Assembly (NCBI GenBank): GCA_964016885.1
Contig: OZ024763.1
Coordinates: 1 to 64,000 of the forward strand
Direction: 5' to 3'
DNA: 64,000 bases
Source: Eledone cirrhosa
Lineage: Eukaryota
Below are positions 34,019-47,797 of this stretch, in pieces. The translations under genes and the position numbers were made by a program. The notes below the pieces were generated by a model. It did no database searches, was not told where the DNA came from, and saw only the letters and a program-made list of their open reading frames with translations. Numbering within the stretch: position 1 is the first letter of the stretch; each line of letters begins with the position of its first letter.

Positions 34019-36198
34019 TTACCCCTTTACCATTTACATTACTCTATATATACATTACCCTATATATGCTATTATATTTTAGTGGTAAACACTTTATCTC
34101 ACACAATATCAAATCTACGAGATTTTGATATTTTTTATTTTGAGAATAATACCTTAACATCAGTATCAGCAGCCGGTTACAGCCAGTTTGAACAGAAAGA
34201 GGTGGGAGAATTGAGGCCAGATATGGCCAGATACAGCCAGATACAGCTGGATTGAACAGAAAGAGGTGAGAGAATTCTGGCCAGTTACAGCTGGGTTGAA
34301 CAGAAAGGGTTGAGAGAATTCTGGCCAGATACAGCCAGTTACAGCTGGGTTGAACAGAAAGAGGTGAGAGAATTCTGGCTAGATACAGCCAGTTACAACT
34401 TGTTTGAACAGAAAGAGGTGAGAGAATTCTGGCCAGATACAGCCAGTTACAGCTGGGTTGAACAGAAAGAGGTGAGAGAATTCTGGCTAGATACAGCCAG
34501 TTACAACTGGTTTGAACAGAAAGAGGTGAGAGAATTCTGGCCAGATACAGCCAGTTACAGCTGGGTTGAACAGAAAGAGGTGAGAGAATTCTGGCTAGAT
34601 ACAGCCAGTTACAACTGGTTTGAACAGAAAGAGGTGAGAGAATTCTGGCTAGATACAGCCAGTTACAGCTGGGTTGAACAGAAAGAGGTGAGAGAATTCT
34701 GGCTAGATACAGCCAGTTACAACTGGTTTGAACAGAAAGAGGTGAGAGAATTCTGGCTAGATACAGCCAGTTACAGCTGGTTTGAACAGAAAGAGGTGAG
34801 AGAATTCTGGCTAGATACAGCCAGTTACAACTGGTTTGAACAGAAAGAGGTGAGAGAATTCTGGCTAGATACAGCCAGTTACAACTGGTTTGAACAGAAA
34901 GAGGTGAGAGAATTCTGGCTAGATACAGCTGGGTTGAACAGAAAGAGGTGAGAGAATTCTGGCTAGATACAGCCAGTTACAGCTGGGTTGAACAGAAAGA
35001 CGTGAGAGAATTCTGGCTAGATACAGCCAGTTACAACTGGTTTGAACAGAAAGAGGTGAGAGAATTCTGGCTAGATACAGCCAGTTACAACTGGTTTGAA
35101 CAGAAAGAGGTGAGAGAATTCTGGCCAGTTACAGCTGGTTTGAACAGAAAGAGGTGAGAGAATTATGGCCAGATACAGCCAGTTACAACTGGTTTGAACA
35201 GAAAGAGGTGAGAGAATTCTGACCAGATACAGCCAGTTTCAGCTGGTTTGAACAGAAAGAGGTGAGAGAATTCTGGCCAGTTACAGCTGGTTTGAACAGA
35301 AAGAGGTGAGAGAATTCTGGCCAGTTACAGCTGGTTTGAACAGAAAGAGGTGAGAGAATTCTGGCCAGATACAGCCAGTTACAACTGGTTTGAACAGAAA
35401 GAGGTGAGAGAATTCTGACCAGATACAGCCAGTTTCAGCTGGTTTGAACAGAAAGAGGTGAGAGAATTCTGGCCAGTTACAGCTGGGTTGAACAGAAAGA
35501 GGTGAGAGAATTCTGGCTAGATACAGCCAGTTACAACTGGTTTGAACAGAAGGAGGTGAGAGAATTCTGGCCAGATACAGCCAGTTACAACTGGTTTGAA
35601 CAGAAAGAGGTGAGAGAATTCTGGCTAGATACAGCCAGTTACAACTGGTTTGAACAGAAAGAGGTGAGAGAATTCTGGCTAGATACAGGCAGTTACAACT
35701 GGTTTGAACAGAAAGAGGTGAGAGAATTCTGGCCAGATACAGCCAGTTACAACTGGTTTCAACAGAAAGAGGTGAGAGAATTCTGGCCAGATACAGCCAG
35801 TTACAACTGGTTTGAACAGAAAGAGGTGAGAGAATTCTGGCCAGTTACAGGCAGTTTCAGGTGGTTTAAACAGAAAGAGGTGAGAGAATTCTGGCCAGAT
35901 ACAGCCAGTTTCAGGTGGTTTAAACAGAAAGAGGTGAGAGAATTCTGGCCAGATACAGACAGTTTCAGGTGGTTTAAACAGAAAGAGGTGAGAGAATTCT
36001 GGTTAGATACAGCCAATTTCAGCCAGTTCCAATAGAAAGAGGTGAGAGAATTCTGGCTAGATACAGCCAGTTACAACTGGTTTGAACAGAAAGAGGTGAG
36101 AGAATTCTGGCCAGATACAGCCAATTTCAGCCAGTTCCAATAGAAAGAGGTGAGAGAATTCTGGCAGGATATGGCCGGTTTAAATGCTAAAGGGTTAA
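34019..36198. mobile_element. TTAA-type (piggyBac-like) MITE inflated by an internal tandem array
   Basis: Left end TTACCCCTTTACCATTTA versus reverse complement of the right end TTAACCCTTTAGCATTTA (16/18 match). Confidence 0.75.
34170..36180. repeat. 54-bp minisatellite (roughly 38 units, with 43-bp deletion variants)
   Basis: GAACAGAAAGAGGTGAGAGAATTCTGGC(T/C)AGATACAGCCAGTTACA(A/G)CTGG(T/G)TT head-to-tail, no spacers. Confidence 0.97.
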
Positions 36199-36564
36199 GG
36201 GTGTTATACGCCAACATGGCCAAAGACTAGTGTCACAAAAAAGTAATACAGGAACAAGATACTATAGAAACATATAAGCTTTTAATTGAGATAATCGGAA
36301 AATATTGATGAATATGGTTGAAGATATAAGTGTGTCGTGGCACCGAAGGGAATACTGGTGGTGCCATTTGCAATGTTGATTCATGGGTAATTCCCTCAGC
36401 AGACTATAATTAATAATGGAAGAATAATTTATTGAGGATGATACAGTGAGCTGGTGAATAGTTCTAACATATAGAACCATTACTGACATATATAACCTAT
36501 GGGAATATATATATAAATAGGTGTATATATATATATATATATATAGGTGTGTATATATATATAG

Positions 36565-36615
<51 letters not shown>

Positions 36616-36634
36616 TGTGTATATATATATATAG

Positions 36635-36695
<61 letters not shown>

Positions 36696-36783
36696 TGTGT
36701 ATATATATATAGGTGTGTGTGTGTGTGTATAAATATATATATATATATTTATATAGGTGTGTGTGTGTGTGTGTTTGTATACT

Positions 36784-36825
<42 letters not shown>

Positions 36826-37115
36826 TATGTGTGTGTATATATATATATATATAGGTGTGTGTATATCTATATAGGTGAGTGTATATATATATAGGTGAGT
36901 GTATATATATATATAGGTGTGTGTATATATATATATATAGGTGTGTGTATATATATATATATAGGTGTGTGTATATATATAGGGTGTGTGTATATATATG
37001 GGTGTGTGTGTATGTATATAAATATATATATATATGTGTGTGTATATATATATATAGGTGTGTGTGTATATATATATATAGCTGTGTGTATGTATATAGG
37101 GTGTGTATATATATA

Positions 37116-37160
<45 letters not shown>

Positions 37161-37324
37161 ATGTATTAAAACGGTTCACAACTGTTTATATATATATATA
37201 TATATATCTATATATCTATATATATCTATATACACACTGCATCATTATATTGTGGGTCAAAATATTTATACACACATTCATGTCAATTATGTGTATATTA
37301 TACATAATTGATAGTGTTGGTGGG

Positions 37325-37364
<40 letters not shown>

Positions 37365-37382
37365 TACATACACACACACACA

Positions 37383-37462
37383 CAGGATGTCCCCCCCAAA
37401 ATGTATACATACTTCAAAAGCTTTCTAATTAAAGTATATATACGTTTTTTAGGGACACCCTT
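37383..37462. mobile_element. small Tc1/mariner-type MITE
   Basis: Ends CAGGATGTCCC..AAAATGTATA and TATACGTTTTTTAGGGACACCCT; same family as 43002-43100. Confidence 0.6.
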
Positions 37463-37618
37463 TATATATAATGTGACATGTTAGAGTTACTGTATATCAA
37501 CGAGCCCCTCCCCCCTGGGGCATGTTGGTGCTAGTTTGTGTATATATATGTGATAAGATGGTGGTTGTGTGTGTATGTATGTATATATATAGGTGACATG
37601 GTGGTGCTAGTGTGTGTA

Positions 37619-37668
<50 letters not shown>

Positions 37669-37827
37669 AGCAAAAGGGATATTCAATTTATTGGTAATTC
37701 AACAAATATAAATGTTTATAACTGATTCAGAGCACTCAACAGATTTCTGGAGTATAATATTTAATGATATTAAATAAATGGAAACTATATTTATAAAACC
37801 ATATTTATTCTATTATATATATTTCAA

Positions 37828-38015
37828 GGCGGTGGATTGGCAGTAATGGGAGAGGGTCGGACGCCATGCTTTGACGCATAGAGTTACGGCCCTTGCCATT
37901 CTGAGTTCAAATCCCGCCGAGGTTAACTTTGCCTTTCATCCTTACGGGGTCGATAAAATAAAGTACCGGTAATGCACTGGGTATTTGCTGGCCTTGTGCC
38001 AAAAGTAGAAACAAT
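37828..38015 (+). mobile_element. Nin-type SINE with target-site duplication
   Basis: Flanked by ATTATATATATTTCAAGG (37812-37829) and ATTATAGATATTTCAAGG (38014-38031). Confidence 0.9.
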
Positions 38016-38081
38016 TATAGATATTTCAAGGGTACCGAAACTTTGTTACGTTCTCATCAGATAAAATACAAAGTTTGTTTT

Positions 38082-38084
<3 letters not shown>

Positions 38085-38126
<42 letters not shown>

Positions 38127-38990
38127 AAGCCAGGAGTAAGCTGGGGAAGAAACTCCACCACTATCACTATCACCACTCCACACCACTACCACCGCCACCT
38201 CCTACCAACACCACCACCACCTCCTACCAACACCACCACCACCACCACACCACCAAGCTGGGCAAGAAACAGCACCATCACTATTACCACTAGTACCACC
38301 ACTCCACCAACAGCTCCTACCACCACACCACACTATCACCACCACCACCAACCACCACCACCTACACCACTACCACCACACCATCACCACCAGTAATTTG
38401 GGTAAGTAACCCCACCACCATCACACCACTACCACCACCAACCACCAACCACCACCAACTACCATCACCACCACCACCACCAACCACCTTCACCACCACC
38501 ACACCAACCACCACCAGCACCACCACCACCAGTAATCTGGGTAAGTAATCCCATCACCACACCACCACCATCACACCACCACCACTACCACCACCACACC
38601 ACCACCACTACCACCAACACCACCACCAACCACCACCAGCACCACCACCACCAGTAATCTGGGTAAGTAATCCCATCACCACACCACCACCATCATACCA
38701 CCACCACCGCCAACCACCACCAACCACCACCACCACCGCCACCATCACACCACCACACCACCATCATACCACCACCACCACCACCACCAACCACCAGTAA
38801 TCTGGGTAAGTAACCCCACCACCATCACACCACTACCACCACCAACCACCATCACCACCACCACCACCACCACCACCAACACCACACCAACCACCACCAT
38901 CACACCACCACCAGTAATCCCATCACCACACCACCACCACCACCACCACCACCACCAGTAATCAGGGGAAGTAACTCCACCATAAATCAC
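38085..38990. repeat. (CCA)n-rich array with recurring core CCAGTAATCTGGGTAAGTAA
   Basis: Core seen 5-7 times within CCA/CTA triplet repeats. Confidence 0.7.
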
Positions 38991-39448
38991 TCCTCAACAT
39001 CTGTTTCCTACAACAATTCTTCATATTTTCTTAATAGAACCCAAATCTTTTCTCTTTGTCTCTTTATTACTAAAATGGTGGCATGGTAGGGTATGGCCGG
39101 GGTAGGGGACTGTGTCTCTTTAGGTCTGCATATGTAATGTGTGTGTGTATGTGTATATGTATATGTGTGTGTGTATATATGTATATGTGTGTGTGTATAT
39201 ATATATGTGTGTGTGTATGTATATATGTGTGTATGTGTGTGTGTGTATATGTGTGTATATATGTGTGTATATATATATATGTGTGTGTGTGTATGTATAT
39301 ATATATGTGTGTGTATATATGTGTGTGTGTATACGTATATATGTGTGTATGTATATATTTGTGTGTGTATATATGTGTGTATGTATATATGCATGTGTGT
39401 GTGTGTGTATATATATCTGGTTGTGTGTATGTATATATATGTACACAT

Positions 39449-39479
<31 letters not shown>

Positions 39480-39579
39480 TACACACACATATATATATAT
39501 ATATATACATATATAAACATAGACACATAAACAGCTGCCTCCTGTGTTTTGTTTGTTTCACTTATTAACTATATATATA

Positions 39580-39628
<49 letters not shown>

Positions 39629-39867
39629 ATGTATATGTGTATATATATATGTGAGTGTGTGTTGTAAGAAACTGAATAAATAAAATGAGACGCTTCGATC
39701 ATACACTATATATATATATATCGAGAGAGAGGGGGGAGAGAGAGAGAGGGGGAGAGGGAGAGAGAGAGAGGGAGAGTATCCTGCCCCTCGACTCTCTCAG
39801 TAATAAGTGAGCAAAGATTATATATATGTATACATACACACACACACACATATACATACATACACAT

Positions 39868-39902
<35 letters not shown>

Positions 39903-40005
39903 CACACACACACATATATATATATATACACACACACACATATATATATGTATACACACACACATATATATACACACACACACACATATATATATATACA
40001 CAGAC

Positions 40006-40052
<47 letters not shown>

Positions 40053-40061
40053 TACATACAT

Positions 40062-40126
<65 letters not shown>

Positions 40127-40359
40127 CACATACACACATATACACACACACATACACACATATATATATACACACACATACACATATATATATATAAATA
40201 TGCACACATACACACACATATTCCAGTAAGTAAATATGTGTCTGTTTATGAACATATAACTAAAACTACAGCTGCCTTCCTTTACAATTGAGTATGACTT
40301 GGTAATATTTTCCAAATAAAATGCTTTTGCTAAGAAAATTTTAGGTGCCTCTGCAATCA

Positions 40360-40525
40360 TGAACAGGGCTTAGTGGTTAGAGCATTGGCCTTGCAATCAA
40401 AAGGTTGTGAGTTTAATTCTCGGGCCAGGTGATGTGTTGTTTCCTTGAGCAAGACACTTTATTTCACGTTGCTCCAGTTTACTCAGCTGTATAAATGAGA
40501 TGATAGGGACTGGGGTACCTATCAT
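40360..40525 (+). mobile_element. CORE-type SINE 5' half
   Basis: GGCTTAGTGGTTAGAGCATTGGCCTTGCAATC head plus CCTTGAGCAAGACACTT core, 3'-truncated. Confidence 0.8.
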
Positions 40526-40597
40526 TAAATTACCCGAGACACCTCCAATGAGATATACCTTGGAGGAGGCCAGCTAAACCTGCATAGGTGTGAGCTG

Positions 40598-40650
<53 letters not shown>

Positions 40651-40733
40651 TATGCACACACAAAAGAATCATGAGCAGAGAGAGAGAGAGAGAGAAAGAC
40701 ACCTTCTCGATCCCCTTCACACCTCACTCTGGA

Positions 40734-40792
<59 letters not shown>

Positions 40793-41334
40793 GCATCAGT
40801 ACTGGGCTGGTTCTTTCTTTATCAACTCCAAAAAGAATGAAGAGCAAAAGTCTGTGAGGGAGATTTGGCTGTTATTTTTAACATATCAAGTTACCACATC
40901 TGACGTTTGCTCAATCATGTTAAATTAAAATCTGGCTAAATTTGTGAGAAGAAAAAGTAAGAACACACACAAAAAAAAGAAAAAGAAAGAATAGACATGG
41001 AATAAACCATTATGATTGGTAGGGGAGGGGGAGAAGAGTTTTCTCAATATCTGTTTATTACTCTGTTTCTCCCCAGGGCTCCCCCCCCCGACCCCCCCCC
41101 CCCTGCCCCCCCCCCCCAGTTTGTTGTTAGGTTGTAATATGATGTCAAGATTTTTCTCTCTCGCTATCTCTCTCCCTTCCCAGCACCCTCCCTATCACCC
41201 CAGGGCCTCCCCCCTTACTCCCCCCCCCCCAGCTTGTGAGGTTGTAATATAATGTCAACAACCTTTCCCTTAACTCTGACATCTGACCATCAGAGAAGAC
41301 AGAAAGACTTGGTCGCTGGGCTGAGAACACTTCA

Positions 41335-42762
41335 CATATATTCTACTCTAGTGCTATATACACATATATACATACATATATTCTACTCTGGTGCTATATA
41401 CACATATATACACACATATATTCTACTCTAGTGCTATATACACATATATACATACATATATTCTACTCTAGTGCTATATACACATATATACACACATATA
41501 TTCTACTCTAGTGCTATATACACATATATACACACATATATTCTACTCTAGTGCTATATACACTTATATACACACATATATTCTACTCTAGTGCTATATA
41601 CACATATATACACACACATATATTCTATTCTAGTGCTATATACACATATATACACACATATATTCTACTCTAGTGCTATATATACATATATACACACATA
41701 TATTCTACTCTAGTGCTATATACACATATATACATACATATATTCTACTCTAGTGCTATATACACATATATACACACATATATTCTATTCTAGTGCTATA
41801 TACACATATATACACACATATATTCTACTCTAGTGCTATATATACATATATACACACATATATTCTACTCTAGTGCTATATACACATATATACACATATA
41901 TATTCTACTCTAGTGCTATATATACATATATACACACATATATTCTACTCTAGTGCTATATACACATATATACACATATATATTCTACTCTAGTGCTATA
42001 TACACATATATACACATATATATTCTACTCTAGTGCTATATATACATATATACACATATATATTCTACTCTAGTGCTATATACACATATATACACACATA
42101 TATTCTACTCTAGTGCTATATATACATACATATATTCTACTCTAGTGCTATATATACATATATATACACATATATTCTACTCTAGTGCTATATATACATA
42201 TATATACATACATATATTCTACTCTAGTGCTATATACACATATATACACATATATATTCTACTCTAGTGCTATATACACATATATACACATATATATTCT
42301 ACTCTAGTGCTATATATACATATATACATACATATATTCTACTCTAGTGCTATATATACATATATATACATACATATATTCTACTCTAGTGCTATATATA
42401 CATATATACACATATATTCTACTCTAGTGCTATATACACATATATACATACATATATTCTACTCTAGTGCTATATATACATATATACACACATATATTCT
42501 ACTCTAGTGCTATATATACATATATACACACATATATTCTACTCTAGTGCTATATACACATATATATTCTACTCTAGTGCTATATATACATATATACATA
42601 CATATATTCTACTCTAATGCTATATATACATATATATACACATATATTCTACTCTAGTGCTATATATACATATATATACACATATATTCTACTATAGTGC
42701 TATATATACACATATATACATACATATATTCTACTCTAGTGCTATATACACACATATACATA

Positions 42763-42814
<52 letters not shown>

Positions 42815-42922
42815 ATATTACTCTAGTGCTATATACACATACACATATACATATGTGTGTATATAAATTTAATATTACTCTAGTGCTATACACACAGACA
42901 CACACACACACAGACACACAGT

Positions 42923-42953
<31 letters not shown>

Positions 42954-42980
42954 GAATGTAATATTACTTGTGCTGTATAT
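41335..42980. repeat. ~40-bp minisatellite
   Basis: Constant core TATTCTACTCTAGTGCTATA with (TA/CA) filler, about 36-39 units. Confidence 0.95.
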
Positions 42981-43001
42981 ATATACATATACTCACACAC
43001 A

Positions 43002-43097
43002 CAGTGTGTCCCCAAAAATGTTTACACACTTCGACAGCATTCTTATAAATATTACCTGTACAGGTAATCAAAGTGTGTATAGATTTTTTGGGACACC

Positions 43098-43100
<3 letters not shown>
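43002..43100. mobile_element. small Tc1/mariner-type MITE
   Basis: TIRs CAGTGTGTCCCCAAAAATGTTTACACACTT and AAGTGTGTATAGATTTTTTGGGACACCCTG followed by TA; internal palindrome ATTACCTGTACAGGTAAT. Confidence 0.7.
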
Positions 43101-43131
<31 letters not shown>

Positions 43132-43183
43132 AGGATGAATATAAAATGAAAGTGCTTTTTTTTAAAAAAGGAATTTATTAGGT

Positions 43184-43298
43184 ATTGACATATGTTTCTG
43201 TAACAGACGGAATACCTATGTATCGCTGCTTGCGTAATCATACAATGTTAGCAAGTATTCGATAGCAAATGTATAATCAGTTGTCACTTCTTCAGAGA
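43184..43298 (-). ncRNA. hammerhead-like motif with a long stem II insertion
   Basis: CTGAAGA-A-GTGACA...~75 nt...TGTTAC-A-GAAA-CATATG-TC; palindromic ACATATGT and GUC triplet, poor stem I; bracketed by 42-bp inverted repeats at 43127-43168 and 43299-43341. Confidence 0.45.
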
Positions 43299-43443
43299 TT
43301 TTTAAAAAAAAAGCACTTTCATTTTATATTCATCCTTTCTACATTTTCTCCGGAATATAATTTATACTCGTTGAGCAAACCTGCACGTACGCTGTTCATC
43401 TCTAACGTAACGATATATTATCACTACATTATTGATAACCTGA

Positions 43444-43488
<45 letters not shown>

Positions 43489-43491
<3 letters not shown>

Positions 43492-44363
43492 GGTGCGGAC
43501 GATATCTGTTCGCAATTTTCAACTGCTAATTTTATGCAAATTTTTTTTACTTCCGTTGTCACTCTTGTCTTCATAAAAACAGTGACTATATTTCCATTAT
43601 TTATTTTCAGAATAATTGATTATGAATAATTTTGAACCTCCAAATTTGTGGAAGAGACACAGAGTTCTTCTTGGAATTCGCGCCGGGGAGGACAAATAAG
43701 ACCAGAAGATCAACTCCCAGAACAACAGGTGGCTCGTTGTCTCATCCAAAGACGTGCCCAGAGTCATGCAGACAAAGTTTCCAGCGACAACATTGGTCTT
43801 AGGTGTTGTCATGCCACCTCACTTCTTCCCTGAGGGCCTCAAGCTGAACACCGATGGCTACATCCGCGTTCTGAGCGAGGTAGTAAAGCCCTGGATCGAC
43901 CAGGTAGCTGCAGGTAGGCCATATGTGTGGCAGCAAGACTCAGCGCCCTGCCATACCAGCTCAAAGACCCAAGCCTGGCTGTCAGAGAACTTCATCGACC
44001 ACACTTCACCTGATATCTGGCCTCCCAGCTCGCCTGACTGCAACCCCCTCGACTTCTTTGTGTGGGGCGCAGTGGAATGAGACACCAACAGATCTAGCTG
44101 CAATACGAAAGACGATCTGAAGGCCAGGATCACAAGTGCCTTTAGGGGCCTAAGTCGGGGGACAGTGACGAAGGCCTGTAGCCGGTTCCGAGGCTGACTT
44201 GAGGCCGTCATCAAAGATAACGGCGGGTTTATCGAGTGAGATCGAAAGAACAAGTCATGAAGACAAACTGACCCAAGTTTGATAAATAAATCTTAAAAAA
44301 TAAAACTACTGTGTTAATTTTTCCTAGACAGTAATCTTGCGAACAAATATTGTCCGCACCCTG
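43489..44363 (+). mobile_element. internally deleted maT (DD37D) Tc1/mariner transposon
   Basis: TA-flanked TIRs CAGGGTGCGGACRATAT.TGTTCGCAA; MNNFEPPNLWKRH start, deletion, then WQQDSAPCH...WPPSSPDCNPLD with 37 residues between the last two Asp; in-frame stops. Confidence 0.93.
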
Positions 44364-44573
44364 TATATATATCATCATCATCATCAGGTCGAGCTTGTAG
44401 TTTTAAGGGAGATTTTTTTTGTTGTTTTTTCCTGTTTTCTTTTGTATATATTTTGTACTTCTTTGTCTGGAATTACTTGGAAGAAGACATTAATAGACAC
44501 ATTAGATTATTCCAGTGAGAAGGAGATAGACAGATAGACACACAGACTGATAGACAGACAGACAGTGTATGTA

Positions 44574-44609
<36 letters not shown>

Positions 44610-44628
44610 ATGTGTGTGTGTATATTTA

Positions 44629-44672
<44 letters not shown>

Positions 44673-45271
44673 TATGTATGTATATGTATGTATTTATATA
44701 TGTATATCATTATCATCGTTTAACGTCTATCTTGCAAGCTAGCATATGTATATATATGTATATGTATGTATATATGTGTATATATATATATATATATATG
44801 TATGTATATATATATATGTGTGTATATATATATATATGTATGTATTTATATATATATGTATGTATGTATGTATGTATGCATATGTATATATATATATATA
44901 TGCATATATATATATGTATATATATGCATATATATATATGTATATATATATATATATCAAAGGTATATATTGAGTTAGAAACTCAAAATAGTCTCTTACA
45001 ATAAAATAGCTCTAAGAAAGAGATTTTTCCGAGCCGTATATTATAATTGAATATAAAAGAAAAATGAACACAGATATATAGATATATGTGTTCAAATCAC
45101 AAGGGATCAGTTTTTATTTTCTTGATTTTTTTTCTTAAATTGAGACAGGCAAACCCTATTGTCTATAGTTAGCATTCTTTTCACCTTAGCGAAACTGGTC
45201 CCTTGTGATTTGAACACATATATGTATATATCTGTGTTCGTTTTTCTTTTATATTCAATTATAATTATATA

Positions 45272-46165
45272 CAGGGTGCAGGCGATATCTGTTTGCAAGA
45301 TTACTGTCTAGGAAAAAATAAGACAGTAGTTTTATTTTTTAAGATTTATTTATCAAACTTGGGTCAGTTTGTCTTCATGACTTGTTCTTTCGATCTCACT
45401 CGATAAACCCGCCATTGGCTTTGATGACGGCCTCAAGGCGGCCTCGGCACCAGCTACAGGCCTTCGTCACTGTCCCCCGACTTAGGCCCCTAAAGGCAAT
45501 TGTCATCCTGGCCTTCAGATCGTCTTTCGTGTTGCAGCTAGATCTGATGGTGTCTCATTCCACTGCGCCCCACACAAAGAAGTCGAGGGGGTTGCAGTCA
45601 GGCGAGCTGGGAGGCCAGATATCAGGTGAAGTGTGGTCGACGAAGGTCTCTGACAGCCAGGCTTGGGTCTTTTGGCTGGTATGGCAGGGCACTGAGTCTT
45701 GCTGCCACACGTACGGCCTACCTGCAGCTACCTGGTCGATCCAGGGCTTTACTACCTCGCTCAGAACGCGGATGTCGCCATCGGTGTTCAGCTTGAGGCC
45801 CTCAGGGAAGAAGTGAGGTGGCATAACGTCACCTTGACTGCTGACGACACCTAAGACCAATGTTGTCGCTGGAAACTTTGTCTGCATGACTCTGGGCACG
45901 TCTTTGGATGAGACAGCGAGCCACCTGTTGTTCTGGGAGTTGATCTTCTGGTCTTATTTGTCCTCCCGGCGCGGATTCCAAGAAGAACTCCGTGTCTCTT
46001 CCACACATTTGGAGGTTCAAAATTATTCATAATCAATTATTCTGAATATAAATAATGGAAATATAATAGTCACTGTTTTTATGAAGACAAGAGTGACAAT
46101 GGAAGTAAAAAAAATTTGCATAAAATTAGCAGTTGAAAATTGCGACAGATATCGTCCGCACCCTG
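45272..46165 (-). mobile_element. second copy of the deleted maT element, inverted
   Basis: Same TIRs, same internal deletion junction and same AVE* stop. Confidence 0.93.
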
Positions 46166-46191
46166 TATATATATATAGAGAGAGAGAGAGT

Positions 46192-46521
46192 GTATATTTG
46201 GTTTAGAGGTGCCTACTGACTGTAGGTTTCGCTTTGTACATAGGCAAGGCGGGTCTTCTGTATTACTGAGTACCGCCAAAGATCTCGGTCCAATGACATT
46301 GTCTTAGAGAGGTGTAAGTGTGTAAGGTCGGAATTTATCAAATCGTTTTTCTGGGTCTGCCTACTCCGTAGCTGCCATCAATTTTGATCGCCCTGCACTT
46401 TTTTATACAGCTGTTGTCTTTCATGCGCATCACGTGACCATACCAACGTAGTCTTCTCTCGAGTAAGCAGCATCTGATCCCTCTTATTCCTAATTTCTCA
46501 CTTAGTTCATTTATGCTTTCA
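46192..46521 (-). mobile_element. RTE family B fragment
   Basis: ESINELSEKLGIRGIRCCLLERRLRWYGHVMR...GRPRKT and the start of the 3' UTR. Confidence 0.9.
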
Positions 46522-46710
46522 TGATCATCATCATCATCGTTTAACATCCATCTAGATGTATATACACATGCACACATATATATATATATATGTATGTATA
46601 TATATAAATATATATATATATATTAAATATATGCATATATATATATATACACATATATATATACATATATATTATGTATACATATATATATATATATGCA
46701 TACACACATG

Positions 46711-46744
<34 letters not shown>

Positions 46745-47120
46745 AATATATATACATACATAAAAAAAAAATATATATATACACACACACTCACTCACAC
46801 ACAAATACATATATAAATATATAATTAAAAAAAAAACATGATGCCAACTTGAAAATTACCATTTTAATAATGAGGTTAGAATTTGTGCCAAACATATCTT
46901 GAACATCAAGTTGATAGTTCAATAGTAAGATAGAATATAGCTGAGTAGAACCATTTCCAAAGTTCAGATGTAATTGGATTAATTCTCTCCAGTCATTCTT
47001 TCATCACAATTGTTCTTCTGCCAACTAAATAAAGGAAATGGACCATTTTTGGCTTTGTTTGTATGTTTCTTGTTGTTGTTGTAGGGCTTTTTTTGTTATT
47101 ATTGTTGTTGTTTGTTGTAA

Positions 47121-47162
<42 letters not shown>

Positions 47163-47647
47163 TTGGGGGTAGGTGGGGTTAGTTTTTTTGTTGTTGTTTG
47201 TTGTATATATATATGTAGGGATGTTGTATATATATGAGGGTGGGTTGGTGGGTGGGCTTAGTTTATTTTTATTTTTTTTTCTTATTTTTTATTTAGTTTT
47301 CTTATTTTTATATTTTATTTTTTATTTTTTCCTTTTTTATTTTTTTCGTTTTTTATTTTTTATTTTTACATATTTTTTATTTTTTTCTTTTCTTTTTTTT
47401 CTTCTTTTTTTCGTTTTTTATTTTTTTATTTTTTTATTTTTTGTCACACCCCCAACTGTCCTTCTAGGTTATACCAACCCCTCTACCACTGCAACCCCAC
47501 CTCGTTGTTTGTTTGCTTGTTTCTTTCCTTCCTTATTTTCGCCCCACCCCTACTCACCCCACCCCCCCTCACTCCTTGTCGGACCGAAAATATAACAATG
47601 TCCATGAGAAGTTAGTTGTACTTTCTTTATGACATGGTGATTAAATA

Positions 47648-47797
47648 TCATCATCATCATCATCATCTATCTTCCACGTTAGCATGGGTTTAGATGGGAA
47701 TTGTCCCACTTGAGGCAAGATTGGTTGTCTTGCTCGTATAGGACTGTCTGGCTGGTTTTCTACGGCTGGATGCCCTTCCTAACACCAACCACGTTTA
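47648..47797 (-). mobile_element. SINE/RTE 3'-end fragment
   Basis: (CAT)n, CTTCCACGTTAGCATGGGTTTAGA...GGATGCCCTTCCTAACACCAACC. Confidence 0.75.

Noticed and set aside
34310-36035. ORFs of repeated EQKEVREFWLDTASYNWF as a repeat protein, or the array as CRISPR
   Set aside because: Units are head-to-tail with no unique spacers and no cas genes; 43-bp units break the frame; no ATG start or non-repetitive domain.
38395-38815. Repeated perfect splice donor GGTAAGT
   Set aside because: Part of a tandem-repeat core with no matching acceptors or exon-like sequence.
40549-40600. Possible 21-nt minus-strand microexon (CAG...GTATAT)
   Set aside because: Weak polypyrimidine tract and donor; no supporting neighbouring exons.
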